A DNA stretch of 64,000 bases from Octopus sinensis (taxonomy: Eukaryota). Shown here piece after piece: positions 51,601 to 64,000 of this stretch; the first letter of the stretch is position 1, and each line of letters opens with the position of its first letter. The stretch lies in assembly GCF_006345805.1 (NCBI RefSeq), contig NW_021835125.1, positions 14,290 to 78,289 of the forward strand, given 5' to 3'. The position numbers and the translations under genes are program-made. Under the pieces are notes generated by a model, which was not told the DNA's origin, did no database searches, and worked only from the letters and a program-made list of their open reading frames with translations.

Positions 51601-52487
51601 GTTCTGGTTTCTGTCTGACTCTTCTTTCATGTCGCCCTTCCTTTCCTGCGCTCTCTCTTTCTCTTTCTTACTCTCTCTCACTCTTTCTTGATCTCTCTCT
51701 CTCTCTCTCTCGCTATATGCATATATGCAATTACATCTATACGCATATATACGTGTTTGCATGCGCGCATATGTATACTCCCACACACACACACAGAATC
51801 ACTCGTATACATGTATAATATATATATATGTGTGTTGTGTGCGTGCGCGTGTGTGTGTGTTTGTGTGTGTGTGTCGGTATTGCGCTGTCCTGTTTTTAAA
51901 ACACCGTTCGATAATGGAATAAAGGAAAGGTCTGTCTGCAATGTCACAATCCGCCGTTAATCTTTAGTCGCTTTAGTCTTTTTACATTCTCTATCTATAT
52001 CGCACCTGCCTTGAATCAGGCACAAACTCTGCCCGTTATCGCAGAATCTAAATGCTGAACTCAAATTAAAGCCGACACTAAAACATATATACAGTGTGAA
52101 CATAGTATGATGTTTATTAGAACTGCCATTCCTCGCCAACACCTCCTGCATATCTATGACGTAGGTAGATACATTATATCTACATTTTATCAGTAAATAT
52201 GGAATGGATTTCTATACATCAGTCGATCGTTGTGGAGTTTAATCTCTAGAAAAGTCGATTTATAAAACGTGTTTATGGACATTTACGTTTCAGTTAAATA
52301 ACAAATGTTCTTGATAAACGTATAGACATTACATTACACAATCTCATATCCCGCCTACTGTGGATGTGAGATGCTTCTCACTGTGTAAGAAATAATTATT
52401 TTTCTACCTTCAATAGCTAATAAAGCACATTTTATGTGCCCGATGATACCTCGTCTTTTCTAGCGTGAAACACATAAACATATTATA

Positions 52488-52545
<58 letters not shown>

Positions 52546-54354
52546 GTGTGTGTATAATTATATATATATGTGTGTGGGGGTGTGTACATATACGTACATA
52601 TACATACACATATATATGTATGTGTGTATCTGTGCGTATGGATATAGACATGTATGCTTGTGTGTGCATCTCAACACATACATACGTGTATATATAAGCA
52701 TGGACGTGTAAGACCTTAATGTTGGGTTACACCATGTAGATATTACAAGGGCCACATATGGATGAGTTGCTTTCTTTGTTCAATAGCTAAAATATTGTAC
52801 TGAATTGCAGAGATAAAATCGTACTTTGATTATCCACAGACGAACGCTAGTTATATTCAAAACGCACGATGTTAATACTCTGTGTAAAAGAAACGATAAC
52901 GCAAAATCCTCCCATTGCAGATTTTATAAAATGTACCTTTGTGCTTAGTGGAAAAAACAAGCCACGTTTGTGAAAGCGTTATGGTATACTTAACGTCTAT
53001 AATGCAGCAAATGATTAAAGTTTAAATTGCAACAGTGAATCGGTACAGAGCATAATCCAGTATTTCAAAATGCACGCCATTGATTTAATTATATGGTTCT
53101 GTAAGGGAGTTGACTTCTGATATGTAATGTATTGATTATTGCCTTATTAATGAGACATACACCTTAGCAATCTTGCCAAATTACTGGGATAAACTTACCA
53201 AGTAAATGCAAGAGGATATAAATTGCTAGTTGTAGGAAACTAGAATAGTTTGCGAATAAATAATCCTGACAATCATCTGTATATCGCTGTGTGATTCTAT
53301 CAACTTTTCTATTTATCAAAATGCGCGCGCACAGATACTAATGTATACACACACTTTAAGAGTAATTAAGTTGGTGTCAAAATTATAAACCTAAAGAGAT
53401 TCATCAATCCACAATGAAAAGAAAAACGATATTTTAGCTTATTTGTAAGAAAAAGATATTTGTTTCGGTCTCATTCGAAAGTATAACGACCGAGGGCAGT
53501 GAACTAGCACAATCGCCAGTCGCGATATATTTTACCGCCTCTTTACGTTCTACATTAAAACAATACCAGGGCAAACTTAACCTTCCCTGATTTCAGGGTA
53601 TGTAAAAATAATGCACCAATCAAGTAATAATAACTCTCTTATCTCGAAATCACTGGCCTTATACCCAAATAATGACAATTATATAGTGGTAAGTGAAACA
53701 TATATTACATACAGGCGCAGGAATAGATGTGAGGATTGTTCGTACCACTCATTGAAGTCGTCACGCTGGCTTACAGCGGACTAAAAGTGATTGTAAAAGA
53801 AGCTCTACTGTAAGGTAAGACTTTTGTTTTTGGGTCCAGTGGGAGTTTGTTGTTTGCGGTAATTATTTTTGTACAAGCAAGAAGTCCTCACTGGATTCTA
53901 AAATCTGGTCTGCCTCCAGTTGAGCAGTGGTTCACGTTAAGTGAATATTATTTCTCACTTAATTGTGAAGATTGTTCCTTGGGGGCGTATCGTGCCTCCT
54001 AAAAATGTGTTCACTTTTTGTGAATTTTAAAAATAATTATGAGAATTGCTGTTTTGGGGAAGTGTCTTTGCCTCTGAAGATTGAACGACTTGTATACCAG
54101 TTTTTGTGGAAGTTGTGGCGCTCCGGGTTCGTCCTTGGTCGGGAGTACCTAGTGGCCGGAAGTTTTTTTTGCTTTGTTTTTTAACTATTGACTTTCTTTC
54201 TTCTAAACTTTATTTGACTTTCCGTTTTCGTGAATTGCTTTCTTTTTCTTTCTTTCATTTTATGTGACTCTTTTCATTTCTTTCTCCTTATTCTTTCTTT
54301 TTAAGTTTTATTTTGAACTATTTTCGAACTTTTATTACAAAAGAAAAAACAACA

Positions 54355-55055
54355 TGGCAATGAAAAAAAGACAATGTTTTGGAGTGGAAATTATACCATC
54401 CAAACGGTGGTTGAAAGACCGTGAAGAGACAACGGTGGTGTTGAGGACTTACTCCAAGCCGCTTGACACCGTCGCCCCATTTGACAAGACTGTAATTGAA
54501 AAGGAATTGGCAGAGTATCTCCCAACTATTAAATTCACTTCCAGGGGGTCAAATACGCCACGGTGTGGTTGCTATTTGACACCCCTGAAGAAGCTCGCAA
54601 ATTTGAGAGCAAATAAATTAGAGAGCAAATAAATTTTCTTTCTTCCATCGTATTGTGGGAAGAGGTTGACGAGAGCTTGGATCAGCGGGTTTCCACCCGG
54701 GATAAAACCCGAATGGATAGAGGAGACTATCTGCTAGGGTCTGGGTGGCAGCTGACCCAAGTTTCTTAATGTAAAAGTTTATTCTGAAATTCATCGGGTC
54801 AAAAGCTGTTTTGACCCGGTAGACCCAATCAGCCAATCTGTTTTTTCCAGATGTTTTTAAAATGGCCGGGTGCAGGTACCCGCTGATTCTTGAGGATGGC
54901 TCCCCGCCATGTGTCATCGCTGTCAGAAGCCTGGCCATATAAAGAAAAAATGTCTCCAGTAAGATCCTGGAGCAGTGGATTGAGACCTCTGTAGAAGAGG
55001 GAACGAAGGCGGCGGAGGCCTCGTCAAGAAGGGCCGCAAGGGGAAGAAGCCGGTA
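54355..55055 (+). pseudogene. Tx1-like ORF1 homolog with CCHC knuckle, frameshifted; probable 5' UTR from about 53735
   Basis: KDREETTVVLRTYSK..KTVIEKEL, YATVWLLFDTPEEARKF, FFLPSYCGKRLTRAWISGFPPGI and CHRCQKPGHIKKKC align with ORF1 at 45750-46300. Confidence 0.7.
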
Positions 55056-55074
55056 GAGTATAATATATATATAT

Positions 55075-55310
55075 AATATATATATATACATACATGTGTG
55101 TGTATGTTTGTGTGTCTATGTTTGTCCTCCCCACCATCGCTTCAGAACCGATGTTGGTGTGTTTACGTCTACGTAAACAAGTAGTTCAGCAAAAGCGGCC
55201 GATAGAATAAGTACCTGGTTTACAAATATTAAGTCCTGGTATTGATTTGTTCGAGTAAAGGAGCTGCTCCAGCATGGCCGCAGTCAAATCACTGAACCTA
55301 ACAAATAAAA
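55075..55310 (+). mobile_element. SINE family B 3' half; a possible head remnant lies at 53712-53735
   Basis: GTGTCTATGTTTGTCC ... GCTCCAGCATGGCCGCAGTCAAAT. Confidence 0.75.
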
Positions 55311-55889
55311 GCACTTTACTGTGCTTTGTTGAAAGAATCAATAACTAAATGTGAAGTATTTCCGAGTCCCTCGCCTGTGTTCAACTTCTTTTCTTCCTCA
55401 CCCCCCCATAGGCCGGACCATATACATCTTGTAAATAAACATTTGAAAATATGTAAATGGTAAATGTATACCGCTTACGAAAGAAATTCGGAATTGATTG
55501 GGGCATCAATAACGTAGGAACGGCAACTACTTCAGTTACCATAATCAATGTTATTATCAACATATTCAATGAAAGATATATTTAAAATAGCGCGTTAAAA
55601 ATATATTACTTATGATTACAAACACGTGTTGAAAGGTGTACCTAATTCTGTACGTATATCAAATATTGAATGAACGCTTTCAATTTTTGAAATACCATGA
55701 AATACCATGACAAAAATTTAAGCGGATTAAGTAAATATTTTGACTCTCATTCAATATTTGATGATATTTTCAGTCACAGATTTACTACTATAGCGTGCGG
55801 AGGAAACATTAATATAGTACGACAATAATGTTTGATACTAGCAACAATAAAATCTACAATAACAATTCAGTTCTATATTTAAGAGATGT

Positions 55890-56275
<386 letters not shown>

Positions 56276-56302
56276 TCCATAAATCACTCCATAATTGCCC
56301 AC

Positions 56303-56373
56303 GGGCATATGGCGTAGTGGTTAAGAGCACGGGCTACAAACCCTAAGATTCTGAGTTCAATTCTAAGCAGTGA

Positions 56374-56412
<39 letters not shown>

Positions 56413-56555
56413 CAACAACAACAACATCGAAAAATACCTTAGGAATGAGAACCTAGGTTCGAAGACACCCGATGAAGGCTAGAGGGTATATCAGCCAAAA
56501 CGTTGTGTTAACAATAAACAAGATGACGGCAAAAATCTGTCAAATGTAAATAATA
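56303..56555 (+). mobile_element. tRNA-headed, hammerhead-tailed SINE-like element (right copy)
   Basis: A box TGGCGTAGTGG (56310), B box GAGTTCAATTC (56353), (AAT)n(AAC)n linker. HHR-like motif at 56464-56509: GACAC-CCGATGA-A-GGCT...AGCC-AAAAC-GTT-GTGTT. Confidence 0.75.
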
Positions 56556-57339
56556 ACTATTCATTCAATTGAATCTCGAATGATTATCATCTCGGTACAT
56601 CCATAGCAGTGATTTGAAATAGCAGAACACGAATATGAAAATAATCGAATATCTATAATATTTTCTCCTATTTGATACGTTGTTGTATCACCTACAAACA
56701 CACTTGAAGCTATATACGCTTGTTATGTTACACAACCTTTTCTGTTACTACTTTAGATTGTGTCGTCTGCAACTATTCATAATGTTCCGTCAGACTTGTC
56801 TTTTCCATCTTCCAGATTGTGCTTCCTGCAATTCATGGTTTCCTCGTTTACTGATCTCGTGTCTTCATCTTGTTTACTATCTGCTTAGGACTCAGTCTCA
56901 TCCAATACACCATCTACTCTTTATATTCGGTCAGGTATGCCTAAGATTTCTTCTTGTAGGTCTTTGGACCATCTACTTTATTAGATCGCCTATTGCTCGC
57001 TCTTCAGGCTGGGACCAGGAATGAAATTTCAGCCACCAACATCTACTTCTGACATTTTCTTTTGTTTATGATATTTTCGTAATGAAAATAGAACGTAAAG
57101 TAATCTAGATGTTCACATTCACATTTGGAATCCCTTTGATCACATGGTGGCGAAGAAAAAACGATAACCGTGGGCTTCAAAGTAAATATCAGCCACAAAT
57201 TGTGCTAATATCGGGATTATTTTAATCGTTTTCTTGATGTGGGTTGCTATGATTCTCTGATAATCATCTTTGAGCCTAAACAAATAAAACAGAATAGTCA
57301 TTACAAGAAAAATATAAATTAGCAACTCATACTCCGGCT

Positions 57340-57545
57340 ACTAGAAGAACCCTATTTTAAAACAGCTTACAGATGGACAGCAGTTGAAGGAAAGGGAGAT
57401 CGAAAGTCTGAAAACTACATGGCGTATAACATTCATAACCAACTTGAGAGAGGCGAATATCACAACGTCCGAATGCAGAGAAAATCGTAGTCATCACAAA
57501 ACAGTGACGTCAGCTAACTACGCAACGTTCTGGAGGGCACAGAAA
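57340..57545 (+). mobile_element. Possible ancient RTE LINE C-terminal relic
   Basis: KTAYRWTAVEG ... LKTTWRITF..NLREANIT resembles the RTE W.P.GKR.RGRPK.TWR motif. Confidence 0.35.
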
Positions 57546-59047
57546 CTGAACAGAAAAACAATGGATGTAAGGATTGTGCCAATACAAGTCACAACAGAAT
57601 GAGTGAGGGCCGCTTCGGTGAGGTCTCTATCTTATCTCATTTCGAGAAGCACTTCTTGTTTTCAATCTTTTTCCTGTTAATTTTGAAGTAAATTGCTAAG
57701 CACAGCTGGTTTCTTAAAATATGATACACTTATGAGGTTTCATGTTTCAAGTTTGCTTTTTCTTCTTTTTAGCATCCTTTGTCAACATTGATTACATTGA
57801 AAATTAGTTATTCCTCTCTGATTTTGCCGGAACCTGTTCTATACTAATCGTATGACTACGATCAATCGAATTAACTTCCATCTTTAGACGCCATTTCTTT
57901 AACTCTGTGCGGTTATCTCCTCTTCAAATACCACAATGTCTAGGTCACTGCAACTGCAACACCATTTACTAAAATTGCTTATCTTTCTGGCGCTATCACT
58001 AATCTAATGAAGATTGCAAATTTAGTAAATGTCTGCATTTCGTTTCATCTATTTATTTATTTTTCATTCAAATGACTTCATATTCTTGTTATCGTTGTTG
58101 CTCTTATAACTTGTGCTGCGCAGTGTTTCATTCGTGCTTCTGTAACGGTTAATTAATTTGTTGCTTCTTTTTTTTCTTTTACTTATTTAAAGAATTTTAC
58201 TGAACAAAGCCAGAATTTTGTCATCAGTTAATGTAGTCTTTGATTTAAAGAATTAGTTTAGCATAATGTATTATATAAATAAAGTTTTCGTAGTAGTTGA
58301 GGTTGTTCAACCACGATTGACGAAACGTATAATGGTTTCTAATATCGGCGCAAGTTTTGAAATGTGTGGAAGGAAGCTATTCGATTACATGGTTCCCAGT
58401 GCATGACTGGTACTTTATTTTACCGCTCACGATAAAATTTGAACGGAAACCATAATGAGCCGAAAGATACGCCGCTAGACAATTTGTTTGACGCGTCAGG
58501 AATTTAGTAATTGTTGAACGGTCTAATCGAAATTTGACCCTAGAAGAATCCAAAGGGTTTTTAACGAAATATGCTGGGAAAAGATTTCAGGGGTATTTAA
58601 CTACAGTTTCTAATAACCGAGTGCTTCAACATATGGAGTGTTAGGTACCTAGTCATTTTACATATGTAGCAATAAAAAGATGTAGATAGGCGTGCGTATT
58701 TTCACTGTCTCTGTTTCACTCTGCTTCCTATCATATATGCATGAGTGAAGGCCTATGAGGTGGCTCGAATGGGAAAGCAGGAGTTTGCATTAATGTCGAT
58801 TTCAGCGTGGAAACCTATCTGTTTCTCTCTCTGTCTCTGTCTGTCTATCTGTCTATCTGTCTGCTTGTCTGTCTGTATGTCTGTCTCTCTGTATCTCTAT
58901 CTCTCCCTGTCTCTCGGTCTCTCTCTCTAATTCTGAACCTATATCACAGATGCACAATTACATAAATTGATAGATATTATTGCGCACATATGTTTCCTAA
59001 AATTTGCCACAGTCAAAATGACTGAAACACGTAACAGAATAAAATAG

Positions 59048-59079
<32 letters not shown>

Positions 59080-59199
59080 ATAAGAGTAAACAATAGCTTT
59101 AATGGTTTTAAAAAAACCCAACAATTATTTACTGGTAGATTTCGGTATCTAAATATTACAATTAACGGTAGGAACTTCAACAGAAGTTCAATATATATA

Positions 59200-59489
59200 T
59201 TGTATATAAATAAAAATGGCAGGCAACAGGCAATTTAGCCACATAACGAAAAAATTAGAAATAGCAGTCAAAGACTGTTTATTTCTATTTTCTACAAAGA
59301 CTCCACATACGACATACCCGTGTAATTCACATATATATAAAACATATGTTTTGTATATGTGAATTACACAGATATGTTGTATGTGGAGTCTTATTTGTAG
59401 AAAATAGAAATAAACCGTCTTTGACTGCTATTTCTAATTTTTTCGTATGTGGCTAAGCAACCTGTTGCCTGCCTTTTTTTATTTATATA

Positions 59490-59492
<3 letters not shown>
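59200..59492. repeat. About 290-bp imperfect palindrome between (TA)n tracts
   Basis: 59200-59345 is the reverse complement of 59346-59492, centred on AAAACATATGTTTT. Confidence 0.9.
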
Positions 59493-59536
<44 letters not shown>

Positions 59537-60329
59537 CGTATGCGTGTGCAAGTGTTTGTGTGTATCCGTATCTATATACACTTATGTAAATAGACGCGTA
59601 TATATAACTTTTAATCTACGTGTTACATCGTCTGATGTGACTATTTCTTTCTACTAACATTTTCCCTCTTACTCTTTCTGGTGCTCTATTCTATCACCAA
59701 CAGACTCTCTCTCTGTCTCTTCTTATCTCCAATTTTATTCTTTCTATCACATTCTATCTCAGTTTTCACCACTTTCAATCTCTCTTCACAGGCTTTCACT
59801 ATCGTCATAAACGCCATTATACAATAATAGCATTGTTAGATCAACTGTGATATTGCACAGACATTTTTCCGATAGAAATGCAATCAAAAATCTCAAATAT
59901 AATACGCTCAGCATCATAAGTGGTTATAAAGATATCCATAATTTCTTTAGGAATTATATAGCGTTTCCAGGGACTAAGAAATTATATAGATATCTTGGTG
60001 TTAGCTATAAATTTCGCAATATAACATTAAAATATAAACATTAAATATATGACGTTAAATAAGTTTACAGTTTCATGAATCGCAGCTTCTTTACTTCTGA
60101 TTCAATCAACGTGGAATGAAGTGTGCCAAATATCTTTGTTTAAGTTGTTAATGAATGCAACAGACGTCTTGAAAGACAAAACTAGCGAAAACAATTATGA
60201 TATATTTGTCTGTCAGCTTACGTATGGATTGACAGCTCAAGGCCCTGGTTTGTATATATTATATGTATATGTGAGTGTGAGGTAGTGTATGTAAATATAG
60301 ACACACGCACACACACACTCGCGAGCATA

Positions 60330-60339
60330 TACATGTATG

Positions 60340-60422
<83 letters not shown>

Positions 60423-60436
60423 TATATATATGTATG

Positions 60437-60476
<40 letters not shown>

Positions 60477-60478
60477 TG
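60330..60478. repeat. (TA)n microsatellite
   Basis: Direct inspection. Confidence 0.95.
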
Positions 60479-61759
60479 TTTCTCCCGCCGTTCACTATTT
60501 TCCTCTCGTTCAGTTCTAACGACCCTCCATGTTTGTTTTCGTTCTGTTTCCTTGCATGTCTCCACCGTCATTTTTTTGTTCCCAGCTTTCACTCTACATA
60601 AATCCGAAATTTTATTTTAGAATTTATGAGAACAACTGTCTTTGAAGTCGCATATTGTCGTTGAATGTTTGAAATGATGAATAGATAGACAGCCGACAAC
60701 TGATGAAGGTTGATTTCTCAGTGTGAACTTGTCCTGCTTAGCCGTAAACATATATATATATATTCCACACGCGCCAGCTTAAATCAATCCGTCTTTTGTC
60801 GAAAGATGCCTGTTGATATGTCCTCTTATAATTCTTATTGTATTTTATTTATTGTATTTATATTTGTATAACATTGCCCGTTTTTTCCGTCCTTGTTTTT
60901 GTATACATTCGCTGCTTTCTTTCAAGGAATGTAATGCTCTTAGCTTAGTTTTTCTTTGGGGCTGGCCAGATTGGTGGAATATGAAGAATAATCAGCCGAA
61001 ATTGAGAAGATAATCTGGTTATTGACTGAAGAAAGAATGCTTCGATTGACCCGTCCTTGTTTTCTTTGTATCGTCTATCTGGATGTTTTGTTTTCCCTTT
61101 TGGTATCACCTACTTGTCCAGATGTTTTGCGTTCTTGTCCCATTTTGTATTATATACATATGTATATTACATATACACACAGAAACGCAAACAGTTCGGG
61201 CCCACTAGCAGTTCGGCAAGTGGACTCGATACCATAAGTACCAGGGTTTAAAAAAAGTACGTCCGTTCTCTCATTCGATTGAAAATTCTTAAAGGTTTTG
61301 ACCTACCATGGTCGTAGTCTAATGACTGAAACAAGCAAATGATAAAAGATACATACACATACGCACACACGCGCACACATGCATACACACACAAACCCAT
61401 ACTTAGATTCACCATCGCATAAGCAGCTACTGCAGAAAACAGAAACTGGCGCCACACCAGCTTTCATTCGACAAGGTGTATCATGTTCCACACTATACAA
61501 TATTACCTCGACAACCATGTCTATAGTTGCGATACTATATTATGTGCTGAGGGTATTTTATGGTAGAAATGCCACCGATAATAAAATTACAAAATGTTTT
61601 GTTCAAAAATTGAAATGTTTACGGCTAAGCAATTTCTCTGCGGTTATATATGTGTACACAATCCCACACATAACCATATCACACACATACACACACACGT
61701 ACAAATTCACTTATGCAAGTCTATACATATATATGTATATAATTGTGTATATATTGTGA

Positions 61760-61843
61760 TGTATTTATATATATATATATATAAATGTATATAAATCAAT
61801 ATGCATATACATATGTGTATGTGTGTATGTAAATATATATATG

Positions 61844-61919
<76 letters not shown>

Positions 61920-61988
61920 TATATATATATCAATATGCAAATATTACGTATATATACATATATAGAAGTATATATATATATGTAATAT

Positions 61989-62039
<51 letters not shown>

Positions 62040-62040
62040 G
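61760..62040. repeat. (TA)n-rich microsatellite
   Basis: Direct inspection. Confidence 0.9.
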
Positions 62041-62539
62041 AATGTATGTGTATGTGTGTACGTGCATCTTTGAATTGATATGTGTTTTTCAGTGCAAAAT
62101 ATCATACTTATATGTGTGTGTGTTTTTGTGTGTGTGTGTTCCTTTCTATAAATGTATACATTTTATACACTCGCATACACTTACATTACATTACTTATGG
62201 AAATAACGAGGTATATGTGTGCACATAGGTTATCATACGTTTATTCACACACGTCTACACGTGTCCTTTTCTCTGCGTATGCAGATATGTGGCCCCGTAT
62301 GTGTGTGTTTAGGTTTGTGTGTGTGTATAAATACATAGAGATGTAGAGATAGATATGTATATAGAAAGAAAAATGTTGAGAGGGATAAACAGAAACGTAT
62401 ACATAATTACACATGCGCATTGTTGAAAGTTGATTCTAGAAGAACGGAATATGCAATATCGTTTCTCTTACTTTTAATTTCACCTCGTCGACCCCTCCCT
62501 CTAAAACATATTATATACATACATGCATACATACATAGA

Positions 62540-62579
<40 letters not shown>

Positions 62580-62591
62580 ATATATCTATAT

Positions 62592-62624
<33 letters not shown>

Positions 62625-62636
62625 GTATATATATAT

Positions 62637-62691
<55 letters not shown>

Positions 62692-63519
62692 ATGAAGCAT
62701 ATCACTGCAAGAAAGGATAATGCATTTCGATCTAAATAACAGGAAGAAATATTCAAATGGATATGCAATACATTTTATTTAGGTGTGTTTGGTGTGTTTA
62801 CCTGTGTATGTGTGTATGTTTGTGTGCATACGTCAATATATATATATATATATATATACGTATGTACGTACGTACGTACGTATGTATGTATGTACATACG
62901 CACACATCATCATATAGTATATATTTTTTATTCCGATTGCAATGTGTGATTGTAGGATTGTAAGGAGAAAGCGCGTAGTAAAGCATATCGAATCCCATCA
63001 CTCGGAGTAGGTAACTCCTCCGTTTGCTGATAAAATAATATAAGAAAACACGCAGAATAGAAAAAGGAAAGGAAGAAAAAGATCCAAAATGAATGAAACA
63101 GTTGTCATAATAAATAATACGAAGAGGACATGACTCGATTTAGGGGAACATGTAAGAGAAATAAAAGCGAGAATGGAAGAATATACATACACACCACCCA
63201 CACACACACACACACACATACATGTATATATATAATATTTAAATTATATATATATATTATATTATATATAAATATATAATATATATATATATATATAGGT
63301 ATAGATATACATATATATATATATAGTTATATATATATAGTTATATCATATATATATATATAGTTATATATATACATATATATATATAGTTAATATATTA
63401 TAGTTATATATATATATAGTTATATAGTTATCTATATATACGATTGCATGTGTGTGTATGTGGGGTGTTTGTATAGAAATGATTATTTATTGAGATGTAT
63501 ATCCGGAAGAACATTTTCT

Positions 63520-63736
63520 GAAAGAAACAACAACAACAACAATGGGAAACAGTGTGAATAAAAGCAACGGCAACAACAACACGAAAATTATGAACAGCAA
63601 TGGCGGCAACAGCGTCAACGAATGAAAAACAAGGACAACTGAAACGCCGACGGCAACAGCAGCAGCAGCAGAAAGAAGTGAAAGCCGCGTTGACGACATC
63701 AACAACGCCGTCCATATTTATAACAACAACAACACC

Positions 63737-63767
<31 letters not shown>

Positions 63768-63820
63768 GCAACGAAAGCACCAATGCCAAATACAAATACG
63801 ACTGCAACAGCAACTGCATG
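63520..63820. repeat. (AAC/CAG/ACC)n low-complexity tract
   Basis: Direct inspection. Confidence 0.8.
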
Positions 63821-64000
63821 AACAAGCTTGACAATGATGATATCTCCTGCATCTTACGGAGAATTGAAGATATGGATCGATGTGTTAAGGTGGATTATAT
63901 CACCACCCTTGACGAAAAACCTATCTGGGTCCTGCCTTGCATTGAAAACCACGATAGTCTATATATTGTTGTGTATGACATGCATTAGTAGTTATATATC

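Noticed and set aside
56600-58200. Ancient LINE or Penelope coding relics on the minus strand
   Set aside because: Only vague motif resemblance; too decayed to call by eye.
60695-60750. Hammerhead at GACAACTGATGAAGG
   Set aside because: No helix II-GAAA-NUH half nearby; at most a truncated relic.
63600-63821. Gln/Thr/Pro-rich ORF
   Set aside because: Derived from trinucleotide repeats; no splice or domain support.

Overview
AT-rich, microsatellite-dense eukaryotic DNA with no recognisable host gene. The SINE repertoire and repeat density look like cephalopod (probably Octopus) intergenic or intronic sequence; that taxon call is an inference. Most ORFs in the supplied track are translations of simple repeats. 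Recognisable content: (1) a near full-length but frameshifted Tx1/L1-clade LINE (ORF1 with CCHC knuckle, ORF2 APE-RT-zinc finger) at about 44.6-51.0 kb, plus several 3' and ORF1-only relics; (2) many copies of at least four tRNA-derived SINE families; (3) decayed mariner, Tc1-like, hAT, Helitron, RTE, CR1/L2 and Penelope elements; (4) about a dozen minimal type I hammerhead ribozyme (HHR) motifs from several unrelated short repeat families, most embedded in (TA)n tracts. Highlights are a 365-bp circularly permuted, retrozyme-like monomer with a U3:A8 variant hammerhead core; a tRNA-headed SINE with a hammerhead tail; recurring head-to-head insertions in (TA)n; a Tx1 LINE associated with (TATC)n targets; and a SINE sharing that LINE's 3' stem-loop tail. 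All alignments and folds were done by eye and need computational confirmation.
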